From NCBI GenBank assembly GCA_003971905.1, contig RSEE01000078.1, positions 186,001 through 250,000 on the forward strand: a DNA stretch of 64,000 nucleotides. Reading direction: 5' to 3'. Below, in pieces: positions 62,887 through 64,000 of this stretch. Position 1 is the first letter of the stretch; each line of letters begins with the position of its first letter. This DNA comes from Moniliella sp. 'wahieum' (lineage: Eukaryota). Made by a program: the position numbers and the translations under genes. The notes under the pieces are model-generated. The model ran no database searches. It was given only the letters and a program-made list of their open reading frames with translations, and had not been told where the DNA came from.

Positions 62887-64000
62887 CTAACTGGGGGCAC
62901 TTGTCCCAACGGGACAAGGCCGCCGGCTAGCTATGCAGATTCTTGACGCAGGGGGGACGGGGAGAAGGTGGGGGGACAAGGGGCCTGAGCTGGGACGGGG
63001 GCATCGCTGCGCTTCAACGATGACGTTAAGGAGGGGATGGCGACGCCTTTTTGGACAACGCAGTCTTCTCGCCTGCTGCCACATAAGCTTCTGAAATAGA
63101 GGAGGCGGAGGAGGCATGTGCATCAGTTTGTGTTGTAGCTTAGCTTCTTGGGCGGCCCGTTGGGACGCCTCGCGCACAAGCACCTCCCGCGAGCGATACG
63201 GCTGCGACGCGCCATACGGCACCTCATTGAACAAGACCGACACTGATTCCCCATAGTACGAACGACGGATGGTCTCGGCCAAGAGGGTGGAAATGTCAAT
63301 TTCCTCCAGCTTGGAACAAGCTAGGAGGTTGCGGGTCTGAGGTAGTGTATTGGTCACGACCAATTTTTCCAAGGACGACTTGTCGATCCGCTCCAGCGCG
63401 GGGGCAGAGAGGACTCCGTGGGTGACAATTGCCAGCACACGCTTGGCGCCATTTTCCGTCAGCTTGTGAGCGGCCAAATCGAGTGTGCCGCACGTGTCGG
63501 CCATGTCGTCAACCAGGACGGCAACCTTTCCTCGCACATCGCCAACGAGCACCATGCGGGACACCTCGTTGGCACGCTTGCGTTCCTTGTGGAACAAGGC
63601 AAAGTCCACGTTCAGGTGGTCGGCAATCGACGTTGCTCGTTTCGCACCGCCCGCATCGGGCGAAACAACCACCACCTCGTCCAATCTTCCTTCTCCGAAT
63701 GTACTGCAGCGTCGCTGGCTCGGCATAGAGGTTGTCAACGGGCACATTGAAGAACCCTTGAATCTGGGACGCGTGCAAGTCCATCGTGATCACATGGTCA
63801 CAGCCAGCCTTTTCGAGCATGTTGGCCACCAACTTGGCGCTGATCGGGGCACGAGACTTGTCCTTCTTGTCCTGGCGGGCATAGTAAAAGTGCGGGATGA
63901 TCGCAGTCACGCGCTTGGCCGAGGCGATCTTGCACGCATGGATCATGATGAGCATCTCCATGAGCGAGGTGTTGGGCGAGGTAAAGTAGTTGCCACTCGT
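62887..64000 (-). CDS. PRS: Ribose-phosphate pyrophosphokinase (PRPP synthetase), 5' end outside the window
   Basis: '[37 protein letters not shown]...[23 protein letters not shown]'; '[11 protein letters not shown]'; '[11 protein letters not shown]'. Confidence 0.97.

Noticed and set aside
1..64000. tRNA/rRNA genes
   Set aside because: The GGTTCGA-like hits I checked (e.g. ~12498, 59701, ~61216) lack cloverleaf context, and no rRNA-like sequence was recognised.

Overview
Eukaryotic, GC-rich, intron-poor fungal DNA with short GT-AG introns (~45-120 nt) carrying CTGAC/CTAAC branch sites, most consistent with a basidiomycete of the smut lineage (Ustilaginomycotina; inference). About 20 protein-coding genes can be pieced together: a LURP-one/tubby-like protein, RVS167, MUB1/samB, COQ10, a TRIC-like membrane protein, a Myb/SANT-like plus TenA_E locus, eIF2B-gamma (GCD1), RPL43, TFB3, a Ras-like GTPase-domain/RasGEF protein, BCKDH E1-alpha, a bZIP factor, MEX67, a Bin3/MePCE methyltransferase, an MFS transporter, an OPY1-like tandem-PH protein, a PRPP synthetase and several Ser/Pro-rich orphans. 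Almost every gene, including essential ones, is broken by small indels. This most likely reflects an unpolished long-read assembly, so gene ends are approximate. No tRNA, rRNA or CRISPR was found. The most interesting signals are (i) many 7-bp tandem duplications, often built on palindromic hexamers, in intergenic DNA; (ii) a probable Myb/SANT-TenA fusion; (iii) a GTPase-like domain fused to a RasGEF; (iv) recurring 12-16-mer intergenic motifs; (v) an LTR-like dispersed repeat; and (vi) a twin GNA-triloop hairpin.
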